From Candidatus Kapaibacterium sp. (GTDB taxonomy: Bacteria; Bacteroidota; Ignavibacteria; Kapaibacteriales; UBA2268), in assembly GCA_023957315.1 (NCBI GenBank), contig JAMLHE010000006.1, forward strand, positions 70,408-134,407: a stretch of DNA of 64,000 bases, given 5' to 3'. Shown here piece by piece: positions 1-9,272 of the stretch. The notes under the pieces are model-generated. The model ran no database searches, was not told the origin of the DNA, and was given only the letters and a program-made list of their open reading frames with translations. Every line of letters begins with the position of its first letter. Position 1 is the first letter of the stretch. A program made the position numbers and the translations under genes.

Positions 1-799
1 TTAGTAATCTGTGTGGGTCGGTTGAAAGTGTAGTCTTTCCGGTGCCCGATAATCCAAAAAAGATTGCTGTATCATTTGCTTTGCCCATATTTGCCGAACA
101 ATGCATTGAAGCAATGCCCTTTAGCGGTAAATAATAGTTCATAATCGAAAAAATGCCTTTTTTCATTTCGCCACCATACCATGTGCCGCCAATTACTGCC
201 ATTTTCTCAGCTAAGTTAAAAGCTGCAAAAACTTCACTGTTCAAGCCCTGTTCTTGCCACAAAGGATTTGATGTTTTCGATGCATTCAAGACCACGAAAT
301 CAGGCACGAAATCAACAAGTTCAGCTTCAGTTGGACGAATAAACATATTCGTGACGAAATGCGCCTGCCATGCTACTTCCATAATGAAACGAACGCATAG
401 TCTTGTGTCGGCATTTGCACCGGCGAAACAATCCACTACATATAGATTTTTATTTGATAATTGAGTAGTAGAAAGCTCTTTCAAGTGGTTCCAAATTTCC
501 GGAGTAATGGGTTTGTTGTCAGAACTCTTCCTTCCGGGATTTGCCCACCAAACATTCTTTTCGGAGCTTGGCTCTTTGACTATATATTTGTCTTTAGGAG
601 ACCGTCCGGTAAATATCCCTGTATCAACAGCAACCGCACCAAGGTTGGTGACATATCCTCTCTCGAATCCTTCAAGTTGCGGATTCGATTCATGATGATA
701 GAGTTCATCATAACTTAAGTTATAAAATATCTGATTTATATCAGTAATTCCATAATTTTCCAATTTAAGGTTCTTTGTTTGAAACTTTTCTACCTGCAT
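1..799 (-). CDS. pckA: Phosphoenolpyruvate carboxykinase (ATP-dependent), N-terminal ~266 aa; 3' end runs off the window start
   Basis: Minus-strand translation from ATG at 797-799 reads [20 protein letters not shown]...[39 protein letters not shown]. This is the canonical ATP-PEPCK kinase-1a P-loop ([13 protein letters not shown]). The ORF is absent from the supplied track because it is edge-truncated. The plus-strand ORFs at 153..718 are antisense artefacts. Confidence 0.9.
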   Translation of the reverse strand, partial: MQVEKFQTKNLKLENYGITDINQIFYNLSYDELYHHESNPQLEGFERGYVTNLGAVAVDTGIFTGRSPKDKYIVKEPSSEKNVWWANPGRKSSDNKPITPEIWNHLKELSTTQLSNKNLYVVDCFAGANADTRLCVRFIMEVAWQAHFVTNMFIRPTEAELVDFVPDFVVLNASKTSNPLWQEQGLNSEVFAAFNLAEKMAVIGGTWYGGEMKKGIFSIMNYYLPLKGIASMHCSANMGKANDTAIFFGLSGTGKTTLSTDPHRLL

Positions 800-981
800 T
801 ACGAATTATCTTATAGTAGTGAAACATTTTATTTTAATTTATTTCTATCAGAAGAATAATTCGTATGTGCCGCTTAAATATTGTTTGCATAAATTAAAAT
901 TAAAATTTAGTGAAATCATGCACTTAAACCGGCATTTGGAATTGACTTTATCAAGAAATAAAGTATATTTGTAACGAAAAA

Positions 982-1305
982 ATGAAAAAATATTTAAGAC
1001 ATATTGAGCTTCTCTTTTGGGTGTCAGCAATCATTTGGCTTTCGTTTGTCGAAATCAAGACTGTGCATTTTACTTTTTGTCCTCTGAGCAATGCCGGGTT
1101 GGATTTTTGCCCGGGTTGCGGTTTGGGGCAATCGGTATCGCTGGTTTTGTCGGGCAATGTTGTACAATCTTTCGAAGCACACCCACTTGGAATGTTCGCA
1201 CTAATAATAATTTTACACAGAATTTACGTACTGATTTCTAATTATATCAAATTTAAGGAGTTACACCATGAATCATCAATTAATCCAAATGTTTCCGGAC
1301 GTTGA
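982..1305 (+). CDS. Small polytopic membrane protein with CPGCG motif (DUF2752-like)
   Basis: 107 aa and hydrophobic, with an FCPGCGLGQS motif typical of DUF2752. Its 3' end overlaps the next ORF. Confidence 0.45.
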   Translation: MKKYLRHIELLFWVSAIIWLSFVEIKTVHFTFCPLSNAGLDFCPGCGLGQSVSLVLSGNVVQSFEAHPLGMFALIIILHRIYVLISNYIKFKELHHESSINPNVSGR

Positions 1306-1618
1306 GTTCGAGGAATTACGAATTTTGGAAAGATATACGGCAGATTTGAGTGAGCAGCAATTGATGCTATTCGCACAAATTTACCGAAATAAACGCCAAT
1401 CATCACAAAATATACTAATTTTTTGTATCGTAGGGTTCTTGGGTTTTGCCGGATTGCAAAGATTTTTTATCAAACAAATCGGTATGGGAATTTTGTATTT
1501 CTTAACTTTTGGACTGTGCTTGATTGGTACTCTTGTAGATACCATCAATTACAAGCAATTGACTCTTGAACACAACTCGAAAATGATGCAAGAAACGATG
1601 GCTTTAATTCGATTATAA
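1268..1618 (+). CDS. TM2 domain-containing membrane protein
   Basis: 116 aa. The segment GFLGFAGLQRFFIKQIGMGILYFLTFGLCLIG resembles the TM2-domain double-helix motif. An RBS-like ggag lies upstream. Confidence 0.5.
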   Translation: MNHQLIQMFPDVEFEELRILERYTADLSEQQLMLFAQIYRNKRQSSQNILIFCIVGFLGFAGLQRFFIKQIGMGILYFLTFGLCLIGTLVDTINYKQLTLEHNSKMMQETMALIRL

Positions 1619-1622
1619 TATA

Positions 1623-2606
1623 CTAGAATTTTCGATTTTCGATAGCGTTTATTAGCCAATTAAGCATTTTTGTGTAATCATTTTCTTCGAGTTTTTTCAG
1701 TTCGGAGTAAGCGTTTTCGAAATATTCACGAATCTGCTCTGTGGCTATCTCATATGTTCCGGTGCGTCTGAACATTTCATCCATTTGTGGTATGAATTGC
1801 TCAGGCAATCCGTTATTTTGGTAAAAATCATCAATTAATTTAACATCCGATTCCTCGACAGCATTTTCCTTTGCCGCTAAAATCAAGTAAGTCTTTTTAC
1901 CTTCGTTTATATCTTTGCCTATTTTTTTGCCTAATTTTTTCTCTTCTGCTACCATATCCAATAAATCATCTTGAATCTGGAAAGCCAAACCTGCACTATG
2001 AGCAATATTGTTCAGTATCGCTATTTGCTCGTCATTTGCATAGCCAATATGTGCTCCAATCAAGCAAGCGGTTTCAATCAAACGCGAGGTTTTTTTGTCA
2101 ATCATATTTAAATATTCAGGCATAGTGACATCTTTTCTGTCGTTGAATTCCATGTCTAAGACTTGACCTTCACAAACTTCGATTAGTTCGTTTGTGAATA
2201 AATCCAAGATTTGCTCACTTCGGCTATGCTCTGAAGCTTTAGGAAGCAATTTATAAGCATAACCCACCATTACATCTCCGGTCAGTATCGCCACGTCACT
2301 ATTCCATTTCATATGCACAGTTTGGCGACCCCTTCTGAGTGGAGAACCATCCATAATATCGTCGTGAACGAGTGTGAAATTGTGCAAAATTTCGATTGCG
2401 GCTCCGCATTTAGTTGCTTCATATGGATTGGCGCCGACGACTCCGGCACAAATCATTGCAAGTACAGGTCGAATCCTTTTGCCGCCTTCTTGCATAATAT
2501 ATCGAAATGGTTCGTATAAATTATTGGGTTGCCCAAACGGTAATGATTCTTGAATATTTTTTTCAACTTCATTTAAAAATTTGTCAAATTCTATCTTGAA
2601 ATCCAT
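1623..2606 (-). CDS. Polyprenyl diphosphate synthase (FPP/GGPP synthase family)
   Basis: Two aspartate-rich motifs are present: LVHDDIMDGSPLRRG (FARM) and FQIQDDLLD (SARM). Length is 327 aa. Confidence 0.85.
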   Translation of the reverse strand: MDFKIEFDKFLNEVEKNIQESLPFGQPNNLYEPFRYIMQEGGKRIRPVLAMICAGVVGANPYEATKCGAAIEILHNFTLVHDDIMDGSPLRRGRQTVHMKWNSDVAILTGDVMVGYAYKLLPKASEHSRSEQILDLFTNELIEVCEGQVLDMEFNDRKDVTMPEYLNMIDKKTSRLIETACLIGAHIGYANDEQIAILNNIAHSAGLAFQIQDDLLDMVAEEKKLGKKIGKDINEGKKTYLILAAKENAVEESDVKLIDDFYQNNGLPEQFIPQMDEMFRRTGTYEIATEQIREYFENAYSELKKLEENDYTKMLNWLINAIENRKF

Positions 2607-2619
2607 CTTTTCACCATTC

Positions 2620-3639
2620 TTAATTATTTAGTATATAATACTTTCCGGGTAATTGTCTGATATGCCCGTTAAATTCTAACTCGAGTAGCAAAACGAGCAA
2701 CATTGAGATGTCGAGTTCGCTTTTTTGGAGCAATGCATCTATATGAAGCGGCTCATATGAGAGCAAACTATAAAGCAATTCAGCACTCTTGTTTGAAAAT
2801 ACAGGTGCTTTTTTGACTGCTTCAAATTCCACTTTGTCGAAACCTAAGTCCTGCAAGATTTGCTGTGGCGATAAAGCTATTTTGGCGGCTTCTGCTCTGA
2901 TTAAATCATTTGTTCCGTCGCTTGTTTTGTTGTTGATATTTCCTGGTATCGCAAATACGTCACGACCTTCGTTGAAAGCGATTCTTGCTGTAATCAAAGA
3001 GCCACCTTTTGCAGCACTTTCAACTATCAAAACTGCTTTCGATACTCCGGCAATTATCCTATTTCGCTGAGGGAAAGAGCTTAAATTGGCACTAATTCCA
3101 AATTTATACTCGGAAATTATTGCTCCGCCTGTTTCAATGATTTTGTCAGAATTTGTAACGGATGTTGAAGGGGAGAGCTTGTCTATTCCTGAAGCGATAA
3201 CTGCATATGTAATCCCATTGCCTTTGACTGTTGTCATATGCGCTATTGTATCTATTCCATAGGCTAATCCGCTCACCACGACTACATTATTTAATGCAAA
3301 ATAATCTGCAAATCTTTCTGCACAAAGTTTTCCGTATGTCGAAGGGCGTCTTGTTCCAACGATTGCAATTGCAATAGAATCAGATGCTTGCAACGTTCCC
3401 TTGACAAAAAGTATAGGTGGTGGATAGGCAATAGATTTCAATAATGTGGGGTATTCAGAATCCCAAAGAGTGACAAATTTGCTTTTGTTTTTTTCCGCGT
3501 GTTCAATTTGCTTCATGCTTTCATCGTAATAATGATTACCGGAAGCGAACAAATCATCCGCAAAAACTTTGTTCCTAATCGGATGCGATGATTCCGTCAT
3601 TTCGTTCAGTGATTTGAAATCGCTGACTATTCTAACCAA
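2620..3639 (-). CDS. dprA: DNA-processing protein DprA/Smf
   Basis: Rossmann-like DprA core: AIVGTRRPSTYG, VVVSGLAYGIDTIAH and FPQRNRIIAGVSKAVLIVESAAKGGSLITA. Confidence 0.85.
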   Translation of the reverse strand: MVRIVSDFKSLNEMTESSHPIRNKVFADDLFASGNHYYDESMKQIEHAEKNKSKFVTLWDSEYPTLLKSIAYPPPILFVKGTLQASDSIAIAIVGTRRPSTYGKLCAERFADYFALNNVVVVSGLAYGIDTIAHMTTVKGNGITYAVIASGIDKLSPSTSVTNSDKIIETGGAIISEYKFGISANLSSFPQRNRIIAGVSKAVLIVESAAKGGSLITARIAFNEGRDVFAIPGNINNKTSDGTNDLIRAEAAKIALSPQQILQDLGFDKVEFEAVKKAPVFSNKSAELLYSLLSYEPLHIDALLQKSELDISMLLVLLLELEFNGHIRQLPGKYYILNN

Positions 3640-3696
3640 TTCGTATGATGAAAGCTTTTTGTAAAACTTAGTCTGAGTATGTCAAGTATATTCCAA

Positions 3697-4493
3697 TCAG
3701 ATGGTATCGCCATAAGTATTTTCGTAAATTTTGTTGAGTAAAATTGCAGATGCAGATGCTACATTTAATGATTCAATATCCCTGTTCATTTTAATTTCAA
3801 AAATTTTGTCACAATGTTCTAAAATCTCGCTATCTATTCCTTTGTTTCGTTGCCAAAAATAATGATTTTTTTGCCAATAAAATCAAAATTTTCAAAAGAT
3901 TCAGATTCTAAATTATTTTCAATTGCAAAGATGCTATATTTATTATGTTTCAATGAGTTAAACGAATCATTTAAAGCATTTACATATGCAATTTTGACTT
4001 TGAAAAGTGAACCCATAGAAACTCTTGCAACTCTCCGCGAATAAGGATAATAAGTGCCCGCATCTATCAAAATGGAATCAATTCCAAAAGCTATGCAATT
4101 TCGGATAATCGAACCCAAATTTTCTGCATCGTTTATATTATTGAGTGCGACTATTGTATCAGAAAGTTCGCTTACATCGAAAAATTTTGGTGTACGAGCA
4201 ACAGCTAAAATCCCCGTGTGCAATTTAAAACCTGCAATATGATTCATCAAAGCTTTTGAAGCGACAAATTGAAAATTATCGGGAACATTGCTATTAATCA
4301 AATCTGCATTTTCATTGAAAAAATCTTCAGTTACAAATACGGAAACAGTTTTGAGTTCGCTTTGAAGTAATTTTCTAACTACTTTTCTACCTTCGACTAC
4401 AAATTTATCTCTTCTCGTGCCATCAATAGATTGCTGTTTCAAATTTTGATAATCAGCAACTATACTGTCTTCAACATTGTCAATATATATCAT
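3697..4493 (-). pseudogene. TrmH/SpoU-family RNA 2'-O-methyltransferase interrupted by a -1 frameshift in an A-run near 3834-3840
   Basis: The track ORF 3834..4493 ends ...IIFGNETKE* just after SpoU motif 2. In the adjacent frame the sequence continues GIDSEILEHCDKIFEIKMNRDIESLNVASASAILLNKIYENTYGDTI* (SpoU motif 3, ESLNVA) down to the stop at 3697. One extra A in acaaagg would restore a continuous protein. Confidence 0.65.
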
Positions 4494-5623
4494 CAGCTGA
4501 GAACTTGCTTTTTGATATTGTAGTAAATTTTGCGTTGAAGTTGGTAATTCATCACATATTCGTAAATATCGTCATTCAAAGGCAACATTTCCGGTGCGAT
4601 GATTCCCTTTTCATCAAACATGCCTTCTAAGAACATTGATGCAACTGCAGTAGCTGTATAACCGGTTGTACGAGCCATTGATGAAGTTCCGGTTGCAATG
4701 TCGGTTTCGTCATAGACATCATAAGTATATTTAACATTTTGTCCATCTTCGTTCCCTGCGATTTCAACTCTCATCACGGTAAATTCCAAATCACCGGGAT
4801 TCAATCTCCAATTATCGAATAAAATATGTGAAGTGAATTCCATTGGCGAGATTTTGACATTTCCGATTTGAATTTTGTTTGTATCCAGGAATCCTGCTTT
4901 AATTATTGCACGCATCAAATCAATATGCCCGGGCCATCTTAGCGTCTTTTCAATCATATTCGGAGCTTTGATATTCCGCATAATGGTTCGCAACCCGTCC
5001 GTATTAAATGCTTCCAAAGTGCCAATTCCATCAAATTCTAAATATTCAGGGTCTGTCAAAGCCGGTTTGACAACGAGATGAGAATTCTCAACAAATCGTG
5101 CGGGTCTGGTGTACTCTTCTAATACATCAACAGGCGAAAACGGCGCTTTATATTGGAATGGGTGGCTACGGAGCTTTGGCAAACCGCCAACGTAACATTT
5201 GAAATCCGTGACTTCCATTTTTCTGACGTGATGTCCTAAGAGGAAGTTATCCATTCCCGGAGCAACGCCCATATCAACTATTGCTGTCAATTTTTTCGCT
5301 TTAGCTTTTGAGTCCAATGTGTAAGCATCTTCAGGGAAAAATGAAATATCAACCACGTTTTTCCCGGCTTCAATGACGTATTCAAGTGTTTGATAGCCCA
5401 TAAAACCCGGTACAGCACCAATAACTAAGTCCGCATCGGAAACGACTTTGGCTATATTTTCATATTTGGATAAATCGGTAACAGTTGTGGGAATTCCGAG
5501 TTTAATTAATTTAGCTAAATGGTCTTGGGATTTGTCTGCGACTGTAACTTTGAACCGATTGCTCAAGTCAATCGCTATTGCACTACCTACCATTCCCGAA
5601 CCTAATACAGTAACTTTTTTCAT
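4493..5623 (-). CDS. Saccharopine dehydrogenase family NAD(P)-binding protein
   Basis: N-terminal Rossmann motif MKKVTVLGSGMVGSAIA. Length (376 aa) and overall architecture fit the Sacchrp_dh family; the precise substrate is unknown. Confidence 0.65.
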   Translation of the reverse strand: MKKVTVLGSGMVGSAIAIDLSNRFKVTVADKSQDHLAKLIKLGIPTTVTDLSKYENIAKVVSDADLVIGAVPGFMGYQTLEYVIEAGKNVVDISFFPEDAYTLDSKAKAKKLTAIVDMGVAPGMDNFLLGHHVRKMEVTDFKCYVGGLPKLRSHPFQYKAPFSPVDVLEEYTRPARFVENSHLVVKPALTDPEYLEFDGIGTLEAFNTDGLRTIMRNIKAPNMIEKTLRWPGHIDLMRAIIKAGFLDTNKIQIGNVKISPMEFTSHILFDNWRLNPGDLEFTVMRVEIAGNEDGQNVKYTYDVYDETDIATGTSSMARTTGYTATAVASMFLEGMFDEKGIIAPEMLPLNDDIYEYVMNYQLQRKIYYNIKKQVLS

Positions 5624-5715
5624 TGCTTTTCAATCTAATATTTTAACATCTTACAAACTTACAATTTTTATATAATTTACAAAGCAAAAACTATCAGTAA
5701 TTGAACAATGTGTAA

Positions 5716-5752
5716 ATAAAAAAAGAGACTGCCCATTAAAAGCAGTCTCTTG
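5716..5752 (-). terminator. Rho-independent terminator downstream of the 5773..6780 gene
   Basis: Hairpin aagagactgc/gcagtctctt, followed on the minus strand by a 7-nt T-run. Confidence 0.7.
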
Positions 5753-5772
5753 AATAATTAAATAAGTAAAAA

Positions 5773-6780
5773 TTATTTTATCGGATAAAGAATATTCGTT
5801 ATCAATTCATTTGGAGGTGTATCCTGTGGACTATTGACATATTCTTCCATAGATTTTCCGGCAATTTCCAATCCACGTTTTTTGATGTAAGCCTCGATTG
5901 CCATATATGTTTTTTCAGTACCATCATATGGACCTACATAAACAGATTTAGCAACTTTCATCGGAGCTAATTCTATAGCTTTGATTCTACCTGTTGGTGC
6001 GACTGTATTATCTTCGACCGGAATACAAACAGTGAAATCCCAAATCATTAGCTCGGTGCTCCATTCGTTATTTATTGCCAGCGGCAAACCGGACATTTTC
6101 AAACCGCTCCTACCAATAAATTCATATAGTTCAGGGAATATCTTATTCATTTTACCTTCAATTTCGCTTACATGTCCCTTGTCAGAAATTGCATAATACT
6201 TGCCACCCGGGAAATTTGTAACTTCGATTTTAACAAAATCTTTAATTGCCTCACTTCGAGCTTTCAATTTTGCCAAACCTTCATCAAAAGATTTAGAAAG
6301 TTCTGATTCAATCATAGGTTTGAAAAATTTCTGAATCGGATAAGCTAAGTTACCAACAGTTGACCAAGTCACTTTAATAGACCCATCATCATTCTTCACA
6401 AATGTAAATGTAACTTCGGCTTCACCTTCATAAGGTTCTTCAAATTTCAAGGATTGAGTGAGCGATTCATATTCAGTAATACCGGTTACTGTCAAAGAAC
6501 CCTTGCCAACTATATCGCCATCCCACCTTGAAACTTGCCCTACACCATGACCTTCTACACCCAAGTATGCCGATGGCTCGGAATCATTCCATGGACTCCA
6601 TTGTTCAAAGTTGTTTAAATCCGCTACTTGCTCAAATACAAGCTCGACAGGCTGATTGATATCAATGCTTCTTTCAACGTGATAAGAAGACGGCATAAAT
6701 GCTGCAACAACAAGGAAAAGAATGACAATCGCAACAATTATCAAAAGAACAACTTTCAAAATTTTCATAAGAAACTCCAA
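5773..6780 (-). CDS. Membrane-anchored SRPBCC (START/polyketide-cyclase-like) + GyrI-like effector-binding domain protein
   Basis: N-terminal transmembrane helix (KVVLLIIVAIVILFLVVAAF), an SRPBCC-like middle region, and a C-terminal GyrI-like region (KYYAISDKGHVSEI...SVYVGPYDGTEKTYMAIEAYIKKRGLE). Confidence 0.55.
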   Translation of the reverse strand: MEFLMKILKVVLLIIVAIVILFLVVAAFMPSSYHVERSIDINQPVELVFEQVADLNNFEQWSPWNDSEPSAYLGVEGHGVGQVSRWDGDIVGKGSLTVTGITEYESLTQSLKFEEPYEGEAEVTFTFVKNDDGSIKVTWSTVGNLAYPIQKFFKPMIESELSKSFDEGLAKLKARSEAIKDFVKIEVTNFPGGKYYAISDKGHVSEIEGKMNKIFPELYEFIGRSGLKMSGLPLAINNEWSTELMIWDFTVCIPVEDNTVAPTGRIKAIELAPMKVAKSVYVGPYDGTEKTYMAIEAYIKKRGLEIAGKSMEEYVNSPQDTPPNELITNILYPIK

Positions 6781-6913
6781 ATATTGTGAATAGAATTTAC
6801 TAAATTAATACTTGTTCATGAAACGATAAATTAATTTATTGTCATAATATTAAAAAAGTATTCTATGAAAAATATTTTACTTTTAACTGTAACTTATTTT
6901 TTTAAGTTCAATA

Positions 6914-8155
6914 TTAATCTAAAAAATGCACAAACATTCCGTCACGTAATTTGGGCTCGAACCATGTTGATTTTGGTGGCATTATTTTTCCTGCATCGGC
7001 TATAGCCATCAATTCTTCAACCGAAGTCGGATACATTGCAAACGCTACTTTCATTTCGTCATTATCAACTCGTCTTTCTAATTCACTCAATCCGCGAATT
7101 CCACCTACGAAATCAATTCGATTATCTGTGCGTGGGTCTTCGATTCCAAGAATTATATCCAAAACATATTTTTGTAGCAATGCTACATCTAAACTCTCAA
7201 CAGGGTCGTGGATATTTTCAAAATTGGATTTGAATTTCAATTCATACCAATTTTTGTCAATGTACATGCTTACTTCGCCTTTGGCTTTGGGTTTGAATTG
7301 TTTTGCGGATTTGCTGATTTCAAAAACATCACTAAGTTTAGTCAAAAACTCGTCGGGTGTCAAGCCGTTCAAATCTTTTACCAATCTGTTGTAATCCATT
7401 ATGTAAAGTTGAGAAGCAGGGAAGAGCACGGCAAGAAAGAAATTGTATTCTTCTGTGCCTTGATGTTTGGGATTTGCTTCTTGACGCTCACGCCCTACTA
7501 TGCCGGCGGCGGCTGACCTATGATGTCCGTCAGCAACGTAAAATTCGGGCACATTATGCAATAGATTCTCGATTTTTGATATTAATTCTTCATCACTAAT
7601 TACCCAAGATTGATGTCGAATGCCATCTTCGGCAACAAAATCAGTAGTAGCGGGATTGCTCACAATATTAGCGACTATTCTATCAATTTCATCCGTATCG
7701 CGATAAGTCAAAAATATCGGACCTGTATGAGCATTTGTTATCCGAACGTGATTGCATCTATCTTCTTCTTTTACTTTACGTGTTTTTTCGTGTTTTTTGA
7801 TTATATCATTCCAATAATCTTCGACAGAAGCACAACCAACAAGCCCATATTGAGTTTTGCCGTTCATAGTTTGAGCATAAACGTATAAATGTGGAACCTT
7901 ATCTTCGAATAGCAAGCCTTGTTCTATCAAGCTATGTAGATTTTCTTTACCCTTTTCGTAAACGCTTTTATCATATGTACTAATCTTAGGGTCTAAATCC
8001 ACTTCCGGTTTACCGACATGCAAAAATGAAATCGGTTTATCTTTTACGTATTCTCTGGCTTCGTCCGAATTAATGACATCATACGGTGGAGCTGCAATTT
8101 CGTGAGCCTTCTCGGGTATTGGCATAAATGCTTTGAATCTTCTGAAGATTGCCAT
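6914..8155 (-). CDS. DUF1015 family protein
   Basis: 413 aa. The N-terminus MAIFRRFKAFMPIPEKAHEIAAPPYDVINSDEAREYVKDKPISFLHV matches the DUF1015 signature (APPYDVI ... SFLH). Confidence 0.65.
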   Translation of the reverse strand: MAIFRRFKAFMPIPEKAHEIAAPPYDVINSDEAREYVKDKPISFLHVGKPEVDLDPKISTYDKSVYEKGKENLHSLIEQGLLFEDKVPHLYVYAQTMNGKTQYGLVGCASVEDYWNDIIKKHEKTRKVKEEDRCNHVRITNAHTGPIFLTYRDTDEIDRIVANIVSNPATTDFVAEDGIRHQSWVISDEELISKIENLLHNVPEFYVADGHHRSAAAGIVGRERQEANPKHQGTEEYNFFLAVLFPASQLYIMDYNRLVKDLNGLTPDEFLTKLSDVFEISKSAKQFKPKAKGEVSMYIDKNWYELKFKSNFENIHDPVESLDVALLQKYVLDIILGIEDPRTDNRIDFVGGIRGLSELERRVDNDEMKVAFAMYPTSVEELMAIADAGKIMPPKSTWFEPKLRDGMFVHFLD

Positions 8156-8182
8156 TTTCTATCCTTAATTATTTGTTCAATA

Positions 8183-9091
8183 TTAATTTTTTAACGCATT
8201 TACTACTTTTTCGGCAATTTCGATTCCGACTCTGTCTTGAGCTTCTACTGTTTGTGCTCCGATATGTGGAGTCACGCTGACTTTTGGGTGATTGATTAAT
8301 TCTAATTGTGCTTCTGTGCAAGGTTCGTTTTCAAAAACATCAATTCCGGCTGCTTTTACTTTTCCTGAGTTAAGTGCGTCAAGCAAATCTTTTTCAGCAA
8401 TTACACCACCGCGTGCACAGTTAATTATCACGACGCCGTTTTTCATTTTGTCAAATTCTTTAGCTGTTATAGCAGGACCTTCAGATTTGATTAAAGGCAT
8501 GTGCATAGAAATAAAGTCTGAATTTGCCAAAACTTCGTCTTTTGTCACTAACTTAACATTCAAATCTGTTTCCTTAACAAATGGGTCGAAAGCAATAACA
8601 TTCATACCCAAACCCAAAGCGCGCTTTGCAGTTTCTTTGCCAATGTTGCCAAAACCAAAGAAACCAATAGTTTTGCCGGTAAGTTCAAACCCTTTGGCGT
8701 AATCTTTCTTTGGCCATTGACCTTGTCTCATTGCAGTGTTGCTGAGATTGATGAATCTGGCAACCGAGAACATATGTGCAATCGCTAATTCCGCTACCGA
8801 AATTGAAGATGCACCCGGAGTATTGAGCACGGGAATTCCTTTTTCTTTAGCATAAACTACGTCAATGTTGTCCAAACCAACACCACCACGAGCTATGCAC
8901 TTTAAATTTACACCTCTGTCAATTACATCTTTAGTTACCTTCGTTGCACTTCTAACAATAATAGCATCATAATCTTTAATGTTTTCTAATAATTCTTCCG
9001 GAGTGTACTTTTGGTCAACAACTTCATGCCCGGCATTTGATAAAATGTCAAATCCTTGTTTGGATAATCCGTCTGCAATTAAAATTCTCAT
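8183..9091 (-). CDS. serA: D-3-phosphoglycerate dehydrogenase, short form without ACT domain (D-isomer 2-hydroxyacid dehydrogenase family)
   Basis: NAD-binding GFFGFGNIGKETAKRALGLGMNV and catalytic-region motifs (PHIGAQTVEAQ). serC and the DUF1015 gene lie nearby. Confidence 0.7.
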   Translation of the reverse strand: MRILIADGLSKQGFDILSNAGHEVVDQKYTPEELLENIKDYDAIIVRSATKVTKDVIDRGVNLKCIARGGVGLDNIDVVYAKEKGIPVLNTPGASSISVAELAIAHMFSVARFINLSNTAMRQGQWPKKDYAKGFELTGKTIGFFGFGNIGKETAKRALGLGMNVIAFDPFVKETDLNVKLVTKDEVLANSDFISMHMPLIKSEGPAITAKEFDKMKNGVVIINCARGGVIAEKDLLDALNSGKVKAAGIDVFENEPCTEAQLELINHPKVSVTPHIGAQTVEAQDRVGIEIAEKVVNALKN

Positions 9092-9272
9092 GATTTTACC
9101 TTAATAAAATTTCATAAATAGTTTTTGCTTTTCGCAAAACAACCTAATTCAAACTTAATTAAAAAAAAATTCATAAAAAAGCAGAGTTGAAATGTTCACT
9201 TCATATTCTTGTGGAATTTTAGTAAATTTGAATTTACACGTGTGATAAAATTAAATTATTTAAAACTAAATT

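Noticed and set aside
153-718. Plus-strand ORFs of 103, 85 and 62 aa at the window start
   Set aside because: They are antisense to a clearly real minus-strand pckA whose translation contains the ATP-PEPCK P-loop. The plus-strand products are low-complexity.
6951-8702. Long antisense ORFs inside the DUF1015 and serA genes (e.g. 6951..7394 +, 8292..8702 +)
   Set aside because: They sit opposite well-supported genes, are compositionally biased, and show no recognisable motifs.
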